DNA of 37,499 nt, taken from the NCBI GenBank assembly GCA_029856445.1, contig JAHQWY010000002.1, forward strand, positions 1-37,499, written 5' to 3'. Shown in pieces: positions 19,077-28,395 of the stretch (within the stretch, counting starts at the first letter, position 1; every line of letters begins with the position of its first letter). Origin of the DNA: Promethearchaeia archaeon (GTDB taxonomy: Archaea > Asgardarchaeota > Lokiarchaeia > Sigyniarchaeales > SOKP01). Both the position numbers and the translations under genes were made by a program. Under the pieces are notes generated by a model. It was not told the origin of the DNA. It searched no databases and worked only from the letters and a program-made list of their open reading frames with translations.

Positions 19077-19631
19077 TTAATCAATTAATATTTTTAAGTT
19101 CTGGCTTAAAGCAATCTTATTTTTTAATAATTCTATAATTTTTTGGTTATCTTGAGCTTCTAATGGGTTTCCACAATCAGGGCATCTAAAGTTGAGTTCA
19201 AAGGCTTCTTCAAAATTATATTTAATATTGATATTTTGACAATTTTTACAAATAAAAAAATAATTATTTTCCTCAAATTCTAATCGCTGTCTTAATTTAG
19301 TTTCTATCAACTTTTTTTTCTCAATAAGGATTTCCTCTAACAAATCAAATTCATGCCACCAATAGTAGATAAACCAGCCTGTAGATTTATCTCGAATACG
19401 TCTGAATTGTGCTAATTTTTCTGAATATAATTTATAGAGTGTTTTTCGCACCGTATTCAACTTTAAAACTTCGGTATCATCTGGCTCAAAGTCAATTTCT
19501 GTGTCTTTAATCTGTGATTTTATGTTTTCTGTAATATCCTCATCTGTTATATCTTTTGATTCAGAATTTAGAAGCTCCAATCCAACATATACACCAATAT
19601 CTCCAGCAATAATATATAGAAAAGATTTCAA
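19077..19631 (-). CDS. tfe: Transcription factor E (TFIIE-alpha homolog)
   Basis: Winged-helix segment VRKTLYKLYSEKLAQFRRIRDKSTGWFIYYW followed by the zinc ribbon CKNC...CPDC. TTG start with no in-frame ATG nearby. Confidence 0.8.
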   Translation of the reverse strand: MKSFLYIIAGDIGVYVGLELLNSESKDITDEDITENIKSQIKDTEIDFEPDDTEVLKLNTVRKTLYKLYSEKLAQFRRIRDKSTGWFIYYWWHEFDLLEEILIEKKKLIETKLRQRLEFEENNYFFICKNCQNINIKYNFEEAFELNFRCPDCGNPLEAQDNQKIIELLKNKIALSQNLKILID

Positions 19632-19745
19632 AAAAGGATTTAATTCTGTGATGCAGATCTACCTTATTTACGATTAGTATTAGGTTTGATAATTATTTAT
19701 TTTTCATGAAAATTAAATTTTTTTAAAAAAATTATAAATTAACAA

Positions 19746-20522
19746 CTAAACAACAAAATTATATTGTTTTTCAATAATCTCTTGATCAATCTCTAAGGAT
19801 CGAATCAGTTTACCTTTCCTTATTGCCAATATTCTCTTTAATCCCCAATTATCGATATCTTCAGGTAATTTGATATCTGTAATCTTGTAATTATTTGTTA
19901 TTGTTATATTTTTCCATTTTTCAGGAAGTTCTGCCTTGAAATCTGGTATAACCAAATCTAATAGAGTTCTTAAATTATGTTCTGTATTATTTAACACACC
20001 CGTACAAAACTGTATCCTCTTACTTACATCATCTTCCTCTATTTTCTTTTTAGAAGGTTGTGGGATGCTAGTTTTAGTTGTTACCTTGCACGTGGGGCTA
20101 ACATTAAAAGAAATCAAGTAATAACTAGTCTTTCTAAAAGCTTCAATACTTTCTAATAGAGTTTCCTTATCAGTTATGCTTAGTATTTTAGCTTTATAAT
20201 TCTTGGCTTGACCTGTTGATTTTTTAAGCGTCCAGTCAAATCCTAAGTTTGTAATTAAATCACTTATATCATTTCCAGATATTAAGATCCCCTTTATTTG
20301 AACTTCCTCTTCAGAAAGAGAATTAACTACTGCCTCGAGAATTAAATCTTCATATTCATGAGTACCCTTAAGCGTTATACGAGTGTTAGTTTTTGTAATC
20401 TTCAAAGCTGGACCAATAAATTCTCCTTTTGAATATCTATAAAAATGACGATGGACATCTATATGGTGTTTTGTAGGGTCCTTTAATATAGGAGATTCAA
20501 TAATTTTTTTTAGAAAATGCAT
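19746..20522 (-). CDS. Hypothetical protein (mixed alpha/beta, no recognisable motif)
   Basis: 258-aa ORF with an ATG start and no competing ORF except a short antisense one. It lies immediately upstream of tfe on the same strand. Confidence 0.6.
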   Translation of the reverse strand: MHFLKKIIESPILKDPTKHHIDVHRHFYRYSKGEFIGPALKITKTNTRITLKGTHEYEDLILEAVVNSLSEEEVQIKGILISGNDISDLITNLGFDWTLKKSTGQAKNYKAKILSITDKETLLESIEAFRKTSYYLISFNVSPTCKVTTKTSIPQPSKKKIEEDDVSKRIQFCTGVLNNTEHNLRTLLDLVIPDFKAELPEKWKNITITNNYKITDIKLPEDIDNWGLKRILAIRKGKLIRSLEIDQEIIEKQYNFVV

Positions 20523-20675
20523 CTTTATCTTTAAAAATCTTTCTTCAATATTAATATAAGTTTTTGTTTAGTATATATCAAAAAATCAGAATTTTAAATT
20601 TTATTCATCAATAAAATTAAAAAAAAATAATTCATAACTTAAAACTATCAATTATAAAAAATAGATTATATTCAA

Positions 20676-20876
20676 ATGCCTACCATACCCTCATTAACTT
20701 TATGGGCCTTAGCATGGCTTTTTCTTTTCATAGGTTTATTTGCTCTAACAATTTTAGTAATTTATACTAGATATGGTAGAGAAAAATCAGTTCGTTTATC
20801 AGTAATAAGCATTTTTATAGCATCAGTATTTCTAGGTTTTTCTATTCACTTTTTTTTATTAAGCTGGGGAATATGA
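20676..20876 (+). CDS. Small membrane protein (2 TM)
   Basis: A 66-aa protein with two clear hydrophobic helices separated by YTRYGREKSVR. ATG start. Confidence 0.5.
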   Translation: MPTIPSLTLWALAWLFLFIGLFALTILVIYTRYGREKSVRLSVISIFIASVFLGFSIHFFLLSWGI

Positions 20877-21006
20877 GAAAATCTTTAATCCCTTAATGAA
20901 AATGTCTTATATTTATCATTTATAATTTAAGTTCTTAATATTTAAAAAGAAAAAATGTATTATCTCTATTATTAAATCTTAAAATAAATTTTCTCAGGTT
21001 ATTAAA

Positions 21007-21468
21007 ATGTTATTTCAAGATGACGTAGAACCTGTATTTTTTATAATATGGTTAATCCTGGCAACGATAATTGTAGCATTAATAATATACATTGTTGTTC
21101 TTCTTTTAGAGTCGAAAACTAAGGCTTCAAGTAAAAAGTTTATGATCCTTTTCTTAGCTTTTCTGATAGTTTTAGTTGTACCAATTGTTTTAAACGCAGT
21201 AACTGCAGTATTGGCTGCAATAGGAGATGCCTTAGCAGAGTTAAGGAATGCAATTGATGATGGGGGATTTAATTATTTAATATTACTTTCACCAGTTATC
21301 GGCTTTCTATTACTTTTATTCTTAGTGAAGTTTTTAATTGATGTACCATGGGATAATGCACTTTGGATATCTTTGTTGCTTTTATTCATATTATATATAC
21401 TATTTACAATAATACCAGAACTATACACATTTATCTTTGAATATGAAATAGTAATTATATATGATTAA
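21007..21468 (+). CDS. Integral membrane protein (about 4 TM)
   Basis: A 153-aa protein with four long hydrophobic segments. ATG start. Confidence 0.6.
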   Translation: MLFQDDVEPVFFIIWLILATIIVALIIYIVVLLLESKTKASSKKFMILFLAFLIVLVVPIVLNAVTAVLAAIGDALAELRNAIDDGGFNYLILLSPVIGFLLLLFLVKFLIDVPWDNALWISLLLLFILYILFTIIPELYTFIFEYEIVIIYD

Positions 21469-21515
21469 AGTAAAACTTAATCAACTTGGCAAAATTAATA
21501 TTTAAAAAAATTTTT

Positions 21516-24500
21516 TTATATTTTTTCTTTCAATTTAAGTCGTGGTGCCAATCCTAAGGACATCATTTCTTGTAATAATAGCTTAAACGCATAGGAACAA
21601 ACTACTTTCGATATAATTGTTCCTTCTCCACACACAGGACAATATCTCTTGTCTCGATTTCGATCATAAACAGCTAGAAGTCCACATTTTTCACAAACTA
21701 ATATAACAGTTCTGTCAGACTCATCTAAAAGCCTCTCCTTCAATAATAGTGCAGATCCATGACCTACAAGACAATCTCGTTCCATCTCACCAAATCGTAA
21801 CCCACCTTCTCTTGCTCTGCCTTCTGTTGGTTGTCTTGTCAATATCTGAACAGGACCACGTGCCCTAGCATGAAGTTTATCAGCAACCAAATGATATAAC
21901 TTTTGATAATAAATCGGTGCGCAATAAATACCAGCTTCATACTTTTCTCCGGTTATTCCATTATACATTATTTCTCTACCATTAAATTCAAAACCGGAGT
22001 CTACCAATTGTTCTTGAAGTTTAGTTATATCCGTCCATTCAAAAGCAGTAGCATCACCTAACTTCCCATTAGCACACGCAATTTTACCACTTATCCCCTC
22101 AAATAATTGTCCAAGGGTCATTCTTGAAGGCATAGCATGGGGATTAACAATAATGTCAGGAATTACACCCGATGATGTATAAGGCATATCAGATTGGTCA
22201 ACTATTAGTCCAAGAACTCCTTTTTGACCGTGACGTGAAGAAAATTTATCTCCCAATTCTGGAATTCTTAGATCTCTCACTTTTATTTTCACCAGTTTGT
22301 TTCCGTCAACGGTTTCTGAAATAATTACAGTATCAACTATTCCTTGTTCATTATGCCTCATATTTTTAGAAGTCTCACGTCGGTTAGGTTGCATCAATTC
22401 AAATTCTTCATAAGATTTAATAAATCTAGGCGGGGAGGTTCTTCCAATTAGAACATCACCTCCATTAACTTGAGTTTCTGGTTCTATTATACCATCTTCT
22501 TCTGAAAGAAGCCTATAAGATTCAGCAGATTTGAAACCTCTCACTCCTCTTTCTGGAATCTCAAACTTATCAACTTCTCCTCCTGGATACTTTCTTTCTT
22601 CAGCATCATAAGTTCTAAAGAAATGACTACGAGCGAGACCTCTCTCAATAGATGCTTTATTAATTATTATAGCATCTTCTATGTTAAAACCTTCAAAACT
22701 CATCATTGCAATAACGAAATTTTGTCCCGCTGGTCGTTTATTAATGCCAATAATCTCCATTGGGCTTGTTTTTACTAAAGGTTGTTGAGGATAATGTAAT
22801 GTATGTCCTCTTGTATCAAGTCTGAGATGCATATTCGCAGCAAATAAACCTAATGCTTGTTTTACCATACCAGCTTCGTATGTATTTCTTGGTGATTGAT
22901 TATGCTCTGGAAATGGAATAATAGAAGCACAAATTCCAAGAATTGCTGCAGGAGAAATTTCTAAATGAGTATGTTCACTCGTTATGTCATCTTCAAACAT
23001 AGCTATATATGCGTTTTCTTCTTCCTCAGCATCCAAATACTCAATTACACCCTTTTGAACTAAATCTGACCATATATATTTATTTTGTATTAACTTCTCA
23101 ATATCTTCCTTAAGAATCAATGTTTTTTTATTTTTTAATACAAAAAGTGGTCTTGTTGCTCTTCCAGCATCACAATTAATTTGAATTTCTTTAGAATCAT
23201 GATAATACCCGATGTTTACATGTTGTCCTATTTCTCCTTTCCTACGCTTTTCTCTAAGTTGTCTAATAAAAGGATTATATTGCTGATGGATGCCAACTAA
23301 TTTTCCATTAAGAAATACTTTTACTTTATCTCCTTTTACATTTTTAACTTCATTAATAGGAATTACTCCCAAATCGAATAATATATTTTCAATTATTCTC
23401 TCATCAGTTCCTACAGAAATAATGGAGGCTAATCCAAGATTTTTTACCAAACCACAATTAGGTCCTTCAGGGGTTTCTGCTGGACAAATTTTTCCCCACT
23501 GAGTTGGATGCAAATCTCTAGCCTCAAAATGAGGTTGACTTCTACTTAAAGGAGAGATAACTCTTCTTAAATGACTCAATGTGCCAACATGATTATTCCT
23601 ATTTAATAATTGACTTACTCCTGCCTTACCTCCGACCCAATTTCCTGTAGCTAGCGCATGTCTAATTCTTTCTGTTATTACGTCTGCTCTTACCGCAGTT
23701 TTTATATTTGGCGCTCTTCCTCGAACAGCAGTTCTCTCCAATTGATACTTAATATCTTTCACAAGATTTAAAAAAGCGACTCTAAATAAACCAGTAAATA
23801 ATTCTCCTGCTAATTTTAACCTTTTATTTGCATAATGATCTTTATCATCTGGTTCTCTTAATCTTAGAGCAAGTTCCATCACTTTTTGTGCCATTTGGCC
23901 TAAATAATATGCTTTTTTGATTCTATCCTCTTCAGCATTTCCAATATGAGGTAATAAATATCTATCTAGAACCTGAAGTGCTCGTCTAATACGATAATCT
24001 TTGGTTTGCCCAATAGCTACTCTTTTTCCTATATAATCAAGAGCGTTTTGTTGAGATTTTTCTGGATCCTTCAATACTTGGATCTCGGAAGCTACATCTA
24101 TTACAGGGATCAATTCTTTTTGGATTTCATCATTTTCAGATATAGCTTCAAAAATTTCTCTATCTGAATGTAAACCAAGAGATCTCATAAGAATGGCTAG
24201 TGGGATCTTACCAGGTACCGAGGGAAATGAGACTCTTAAATTACCATCTTTTTTCCTTTCAATCGTTACAGGTGCGCGGAATCCACTTCTCGTCGAAAAT
24301 ACCTTTGCTTGGTGAGTGGCACTCGAACTTCTACTAGCTTCTTCTGCAAGAATTCTATTAGGTGCTAAATCCTCCTGTGTCACTAAAACTCTCTCCGTTC
24401 CATTAATGATGAAATAACCTCCGGGGTCTAATGGGTCTTCTCCCCGATTGATTAGTTCCTGCTCTGATAAGCTTTCTAAAGGGCAACGACAGCTCTTCAA

Positions 24501-24887
24501 CATTATCGGAATTTTACCGATATAAATATCAAGAGTTTCTTCTGCTTCTTCTCTCTGTGTCCGCTCATCTATAGTAATTGGGGTCATTTCTAAAGTAATA
24601 TCTGCAGCATAGCTTAATTCTCTTATTCTTGCTTCAATAGGAGTAATTTCCATAGTTGCCCCATCAGCTTCTCTGACCTTTGGCATTCCAACTTTAATTT
24701 TACCAAATTTAATTTTGAAACCAGGAATATCAGGTATAACTTCTCCAGATTCATCTACTATGGATTGCATTTCATATTCAATAAACCCATTGTAAGAATC
24801 TAAATGCTGACGAACCAAACCTTTCTCGTCAAAAAGACTTTTTAATACAACCCATTTATCTTCATTGGATAATTTTTCAGTACTCAA
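21516..24887 (-). CDS. rpoB: DNA-directed RNA polymerase subunit B (unsplit, 1123 aa)
   Basis: The N-terminus WVVLKSLFDEKGLVRQHLDSYNGFI, many conserved Rpb2 blocks (for example GDKFSSRHGQKG and GGLRFGEMERD) and the C-terminal zinc ribbon CEKC...CPVC. TTG start. Confidence 0.95.
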   Translation of the reverse strand: MSTEKLSNEDKWVVLKSLFDEKGLVRQHLDSYNGFIEYEMQSIVDESGEVIPDIPGFKIKFGKIKVGMPKVREADGATMEITPIEARIRELSYAADITLEMTPITIDERTQREEAEETLDIYIGKIPIMLKSCRCPLESLSEQELINRGEDPLDPGGYFIINGTERVLVTQEDLAPNRILAEEASRSSSATHQAKVFSTRSGFRAPVTIERKKDGNLRVSFPSVPGKIPLAILMRSLGLHSDREIFEAISENDEIQKELIPVIDVASEIQVLKDPEKSQQNALDYIGKRVAIGQTKDYRIRRALQVLDRYLLPHIGNAEEDRIKKAYYLGQMAQKVMELALRLREPDDKDHYANKRLKLAGELFTGLFRVAFLNLVKDIKYQLERTAVRGRAPNIKTAVRADVITERIRHALATGNWVGGKAGVSQLLNRNNHVGTLSHLRRVISPLSRSQPHFEARDLHPTQWGKICPAETPEGPNCGLVKNLGLASIISVGTDERIIENILFDLGVIPINEVKNVKGDKVKVFLNGKLVGIHQQYNPFIRQLREKRRKGEIGQHVNIGYYHDSKEIQINCDAGRATRPLFVLKNKKTLILKEDIEKLIQNKYIWSDLVQKGVIEYLDAEEEENAYIAMFEDDITSEHTHLEISPAAILGICASIIPFPEHNQSPRNTYEAGMVKQALGLFAANMHLRLDTRGHTLHYPQQPLVKTSPMEIIGINKRPAGQNFVIAMMSFEGFNIEDAIIINKASIERGLARSHFFRTYDAEERKYPGGEVDKFEIPERGVRGFKSAESYRLLSEEDGIIEPETQVNGGDVLIGRTSPPRFIKSYEEFELMQPNRRETSKNMRHNEQGIVDTVIISETVDGNKLVKIKVRDLRIPELGDKFSSRHGQKGVLGLIVDQSDMPYTSSGVIPDIIVNPHAMPSRMTLGQLFEGISGKIACANGKLGDATAFEWTDITKLQEQLVDSGFEFNGREIMYNGITGEKYEAGIYCAPIYYQKLYHLVADKLHARARGPVQILTRQPTEGRAREGGLRFGEMERDCLVGHGSALLLKERLLDESDRTVILVCEKCGLLAVYDRNRDKRYCPVCGEGTIISKVVCSYAFKLLLQEMMSLGLAPRLKLKEKI

Positions 24888-24937
24888 TATCTCTCATACC
24901 TTACAAGTTTAATTTAAAATTTATTAAAAATTACAAT

Positions 24938-25195
24938 TTATCCTTTTTCCTTCTTCACATAACGATAATAATCTATCTTTTTTACTGTGGTGTGCGAGTC
25001 TCGGATTATTCTAATGATATCTCCCTCCTTTGCTCCAATAGCAATTGCAACGGGATCTTTTTCAAATATCTGAGGTAAATCAGTTAGTTCTATTTTATAT
25101 TTTTCTAAGAGTTCAAGAGATTCTTCTTTAGTTAAAAGAAGATGTTGAGGAACAAACTTATGTAATAAGACGTCTATTCTTTTTTTCTTAGTCAA
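24938..25195 (-). CDS. rpoH: DNA-directed RNA polymerase subunit H (Rpb5 homolog)
   Basis: HKFVPQHLLLTKEESLELLEKY...LPQI...DPVA...GDIIRIIR is the typical RpoH pattern, and the gene lies directly upstream of rpoB. TTG start with AGAGGA upstream. Confidence 0.85.
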   Translation of the reverse strand: MTKKKRIDVLLHKFVPQHLLLTKEESLELLEKYKIELTDLPQIFEKDPVAIAIGAKEGDIIRIIRDSHTTVKKIDYYRYVKKEKG

Positions 25196-25302
25196 GGAAA
25201 AATCCTCTTATATGACTATTAATAAATAAAGAAATTATGCTTTTCTAAAAAATTTTACCAATTTTCTTGATTTTTTAATCAATTCTGAATGGTGAATACC
25301 TT

Positions 25303-25938
25303 TTAATTCACTTGAAAAAATCTAAAAACCCAATAGCCACTTCTTTTACAAATTACTTCAATATTATTATTTGGATAATTTTTACTAATATAATTTAATA
25401 TATGAGGTGCTCCCATTTTTTTTTTAATAACAAATTGAAAAGAACCTTTTGATTTTAAATAATTCGGAATGTCTTGAATCAACCTCAAAAAATCCTTCTT
25501 CCCTTTTCGCATTGGAGGATTCATGTAAATTCCATCAAATTTTACATTTTTTTTTTTAAGTGGTTCAAAATAATTACCATGTAATATTCGAATCCTTTTT
25601 TTTTCTGTATTTAGATTTATTTTGATGTTTTCTTTAGCACACCATATTGCATGTTTATTAATATCAATTAAATATACTAGACTTTCAGGTGATTCATAAC
25701 CTAATACAATTCCAATAGCCCCATATCCACATCCTAAATCAAGTAAAACGCTAGGTTCCTCAGGAATCACTATGTTTTCAATCAATATTTTTGTCCCTAA
25801 ATCTATTTTATGAAAAGAAAATACACCTGTGATAGTTTTAAAAATATAAAGATGCTTTCTCAGACTTTCAGAAATTGTATGGATCCTTACCTTTACCTCT
25901 GGAAATTCACTATAATAATGTTGATTATTATTTTCCAT
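25303..25938 (-). CDS. Class I SAM-dependent methyltransferase (RsmC/MTS-like, NPP motif)
   Basis: Motif I LLDLGCGYGAIGI and motif IV YMNPPMRKG. The track ORF extends to 25980 and overlaps the cbf5 stop; I prefer the ATG at 25938 (MENNNQ...). Confidence 0.7.
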   Translation of the reverse strand: MENNNQHYYSEFPEVKVRIHTISESLRKHLYIFKTITGVFSFHKIDLGTKILIENIVIPEEPSVLLDLGCGYGAIGIVLGYESPESLVYLIDINKHAIWCAKENIKINLNTEKKRIRILHGNYFEPLKKKNVKFDGIYMNPPMRKGKKDFLRLIQDIPNYLKSKGSFQFVIKKKMGAPHILNYISKNYPNNNIEVICKRSGYWVFRFFQVN

Positions 25939-25966
25939 GATTAAAAACAATATAAAACTAATAAAT

Positions 25967-26971
25967 TTATTTTTTTTCATTCCAACGAGGGTAGATTCCC
26001 CTATCCATAAAAACTTTATTTGTTTTTACTAATATTCCCGACTTAGCTTTATACATTTGCATAGCATTCTTTAAAGAAGTACCAAATCCAACCAACTCTT
26101 TCTTCAAAGTCATTATAGCAACTAAATGGGAAGGTGTAATTCGAGCATCAATATAACATATTCCAGCTGAAGCTAAATCTGCACCGTGACATATTGCATC
26201 AACGGCTGTATCTCGAATATATATTTTCGGCAGATGAGAAACAACTTTTTCCATTGGAAATATAATTTTTTTTAAATAATGATCATCGTTCTCCAATTGG
26301 TATATGGTGTAGGCATCTTTCAAATTTTGGAGAGTAATGAGATTATCATTTTCTGTAAAATTCCCAACTCTAGTTCTTCTTAATTCTAACATATGGGCAC
26401 CTGAACAAAGAGCTTCTCCAATATCAAAACAAAATTTTCGTATATAAGTTCCCGCTTCGCACCCTATTCTAAATAAGACATGATTATTCTTTACTTCAAT
26501 AACTTGACTATAATATATTTCTCTAACTCTAAGTTTTCTAGCTACTGATGATATGAGTGGAGGTCTTTGATAAATCTTACCAGTGAATAATTTAAATATT
26601 TTTTCGATTCTCATTAATTTTTCAGGAGAGTGCAGATAAAGTACACCTACATATTCTTTACCAGCATTCAATAATGAAGATAATGCCCGTGTGGCTCTTC
26701 CAAGGGCACAAGGTAATACTCCAGTAACTTTTGGGTCTAGCGTTCCTCCATGACCTGCATTTGAGATTCCTAATACTTTCCGAACCCACGATACCACCTC
26801 ATGACTAGTTGGACCACTTGGTTTATCTAAATTTATTACTCCATATTCTAAAAGCTTGGGTAAACTTCTATTTTCTGGCTCAGTTCCAAAATTTGGATCG
26901 GAGATATCTTGTGATTTAACTAATAATTGTTCAGGTTCATCAGAAGGTAATTTGAAATCTGAAAATGCCAT
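25967..26971 (-). CDS. cbf5: H/ACA RNP pseudouridine synthase Cbf5 (TruB family with C-terminal PUA)
   Basis: INLDKPSGPTSHEVV and GHGGTLDPKVTGVLP (catalytic Asp motif), plus the PUA segment at the C-terminus. Confidence 0.9.
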   Translation of the reverse strand: MAFSDFKLPSDEPEQLLVKSQDISDPNFGTEPENRSLPKLLEYGVINLDKPSGPTSHEVVSWVRKVLGISNAGHGGTLDPKVTGVLPCALGRATRALSSLLNAGKEYVGVLYLHSPEKLMRIEKIFKLFTGKIYQRPPLISSVARKLRVREIYYSQVIEVKNNHVLFRIGCEAGTYIRKFCFDIGEALCSGAHMLELRRTRVGNFTENDNLITLQNLKDAYTIYQLENDDHYLKKIIFPMEKVVSHLPKIYIRDTAVDAICHGADLASAGICYIDARITPSHLVAIMTLKKELVGFGTSLKNAMQMYKAKSGILVKTNKVFMDRGIYPRWNEKK

Positions 26972-27067
26972 ATTTAATAATAGTAAGGGTTCTCTTTATG
27001 TAATTATAAAAATAGAAATTTCATAAATTTTACTTAAAAAAATATTTTATTCACATTTAGATTTGTA

Positions 27068-27094
27068 TGGACTATATGGGAATTGAACCTCAGG
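27068..27094 (-). pseudogene. Degenerate copy of a tRNA 3' half (T-arm plus acceptor 3' strand), no matching 5' half nearby
   Basis: The minus-strand reading CCTGAGGTTCAATTCCCATATAGTCCA aligns with the 3' end of the tRNA at 28396-28424 (GGTCAGGGGTTCAATTCCCCTATAGCCCG). Twelve contiguous identities (GGTTCAATTCCC) are followed by TATAG. The T-stem no longer pairs, and I found no complementary acceptor 5' strand within about 250 nt. Confidence 0.45.
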
Positions 27095-27147
27095 TATATA
27101 CAATATTCTTACCAATACGTATAATTTCTTACGTTTGGGTCATTAAC

Positions 27148-27229
27148 GGTAAAAAATTGGTTAAATACTTGAAAAGATGAGTTGGGATAATGAACTAAAT
27201 TGAAATTCAAAATGCATATTCTCAAATAT
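27148..27229. repeat. Left copy of collinear direct-repeat blocks flanking the enoyl-CoA hydratase gene
   Basis: ggtaaaaaattggtt (27148-27162) and catattctcaaatat (27215-27229) recur at 28213-28227 (14/15 identical) and 28281-28295 (15/15 identical), offset by 1065-1066 bp. Confidence 0.7.
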
Positions 27230-27293
27230 CATTTATAATAAACCTGAATAAATTAAAGGATTGTTGCCTTTAAATTTAATACCAACGTTAATA

Positions 27294-28127
27294 TCACTCT
27301 ATAGGAAAAAAATCGGGTAAATCTCCTGGCACTTTCAAATTCCATTTAGGTCTTCTTTTTTGAAGAAAAGACATTATTCCTTCTCTTGCATCTGATTGTT
27401 TACCTGTCCAGCGTGTATATCTATGATTTATACTCTCTACCTTATCTATATCTGTCTCGTAAAGGAATTGATAAAGCATTCTCTTTGTAAGAGCTGTACT
27501 TACAGGCGCACTTAATAATATTTCATCAGCTATTTCTCGGGCGGTATCCATTAATTTATCATCAGGTACTACTCGACTAACAAGGCCATACTCTAAAGAT
27601 TCTTGAGCATTTAAGATTCTGCCAGTATACATTAATTCCGCAGCACGACTAATTCCAATGATACGAGGTAAAATCCAGGGACATGAAATCTCAGGTAAAT
27701 AACCACGTCGATTGAATACAATTCCTATACGTGCACTCTCGGAAGCAATTCGTATATCAAAGGGTAAAATAAATGTGACACCGATCCCAACAGTAGGACC
27801 ATTAATTGCAACTATTACAGGCTTCATCAACAAAAAGTACCGTCTAGTAATACTTCCTTCACGTCTGGCCCTTTCATCTATCTCACGTGGCCTATTTGAA
27901 CCATCAAATGTCGTAGCACCACCCGATAGATCAGCACCAGCACAAAATCCTCTTCCTGCACCAGTTAATATTGTAACCCGTAAATTAGGATCATTTTCAA
28001 CTTTCATAAGTGCATCCCAAACCTCCATCCCCATTTGCCAAGTATAAGCGTTCAAACGTTCTGGTCTGTTTAAAGTGATTGTTGCAACCTCATCTGAGGC
28101 TTGGAAAATTATTTGTTCATATTCCAT
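27294..28127 (-). CDS. Enoyl-CoA hydratase/isomerase (crotonase superfamily)
   Basis: ITLNRPERLNA and GAGRGFCAGADL (oxyanion-hole motif), with the typical ~270-aa length. Confidence 0.85.
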   Translation of the reverse strand: MEYEQIIFQASDEVATITLNRPERLNAYTWQMGMEVWDALMKVENDPNLRVTILTGAGRGFCAGADLSGGATTFDGSNRPREIDERARREGSITRRYFLLMKPVIVAINGPTVGIGVTFILPFDIRIASESARIGIVFNRRGYLPEISCPWILPRIIGISRAAELMYTGRILNAQESLEYGLVSRVVPDDKLMDTAREIADEILLSAPVSTALTKRMLYQFLYETDIDKVESINHRYTRWTGKQSDAREGIMSFLQKRRPKWNLKVPGDLPDFFPIE

Positions 28128-28212
28128 TTTTATAAAAACCTCCTTTTTATCTTTATTTTTATTTTAAACTACCTGATTTTATTTACCAAAATATTTAAAG
28201 TTTTAACGAAAA

Positions 28213-28295
28213 GGTAAAAAATTAGTTCCCTCTCTGCAGAGAATCAATAGATCAGCATTATTAAACCAAAATCCTTAGATCATATTCTCAAATAT
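28213..28295. repeat. Right copy of collinear direct-repeat blocks flanking the enoyl-CoA hydratase gene
   Basis: ggtaaaaaattagtt (28213-28227) and catattctcaaatat (28281-28295). See the left copy at 27148-27229. Confidence 0.7.
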
Positions 28296-28395
28296 TATTA
28301 ATATTAAAATTCAGGAAATCTTTAGAAAGAGTAATTTGGGATATGATGAAATTTGAAGGACAAAATATTTATAGATAACTTATTTACCTGAATAA

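Noticed and set aside
27712-28047. 111-aa plus-strand ORF antisense to the enoyl-CoA hydratase gene
   Set aside because: It lies entirely inside a well-supported crotonase CDS. It has Pro/Ser/Ile-rich composition with no motif, a typical shadow ORF. I applied the same reasoning to 807-1082, 1151-1381, 4147-4347, 4934-5131, 5651-5860, 7029-7211, 8448-8633, 10476-10712, 11594-11776, 12053-12262, 16356-16541, 19936-20121, 23290-23502, 29228-29446, 29477-29662, 29936-30118, 30541-30840, 35045-35239 and 35243-35440.
27294-28127. Elevated GC content of the hydratase gene as evidence for horizontal transfer
   Set aside because: Hand counts of two 60-nt stretches gave about 45-50% GC versus about 35% in thiL. 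A conserved rpoB stretch gave about 48% as well, so local GC by eye does not discriminate. It needs a proper windowed computation.
28338-28395. Possible C/D box sRNA: ATGATGA at 28343-28349 and CTGA at 28388-28391, 49 nt apart, next to the tRNA-Lys 3' end
   Set aside because: There are no credible internal D' and C' boxes and no terminal pairing. Both boxes are short words expected by chance in this composition.
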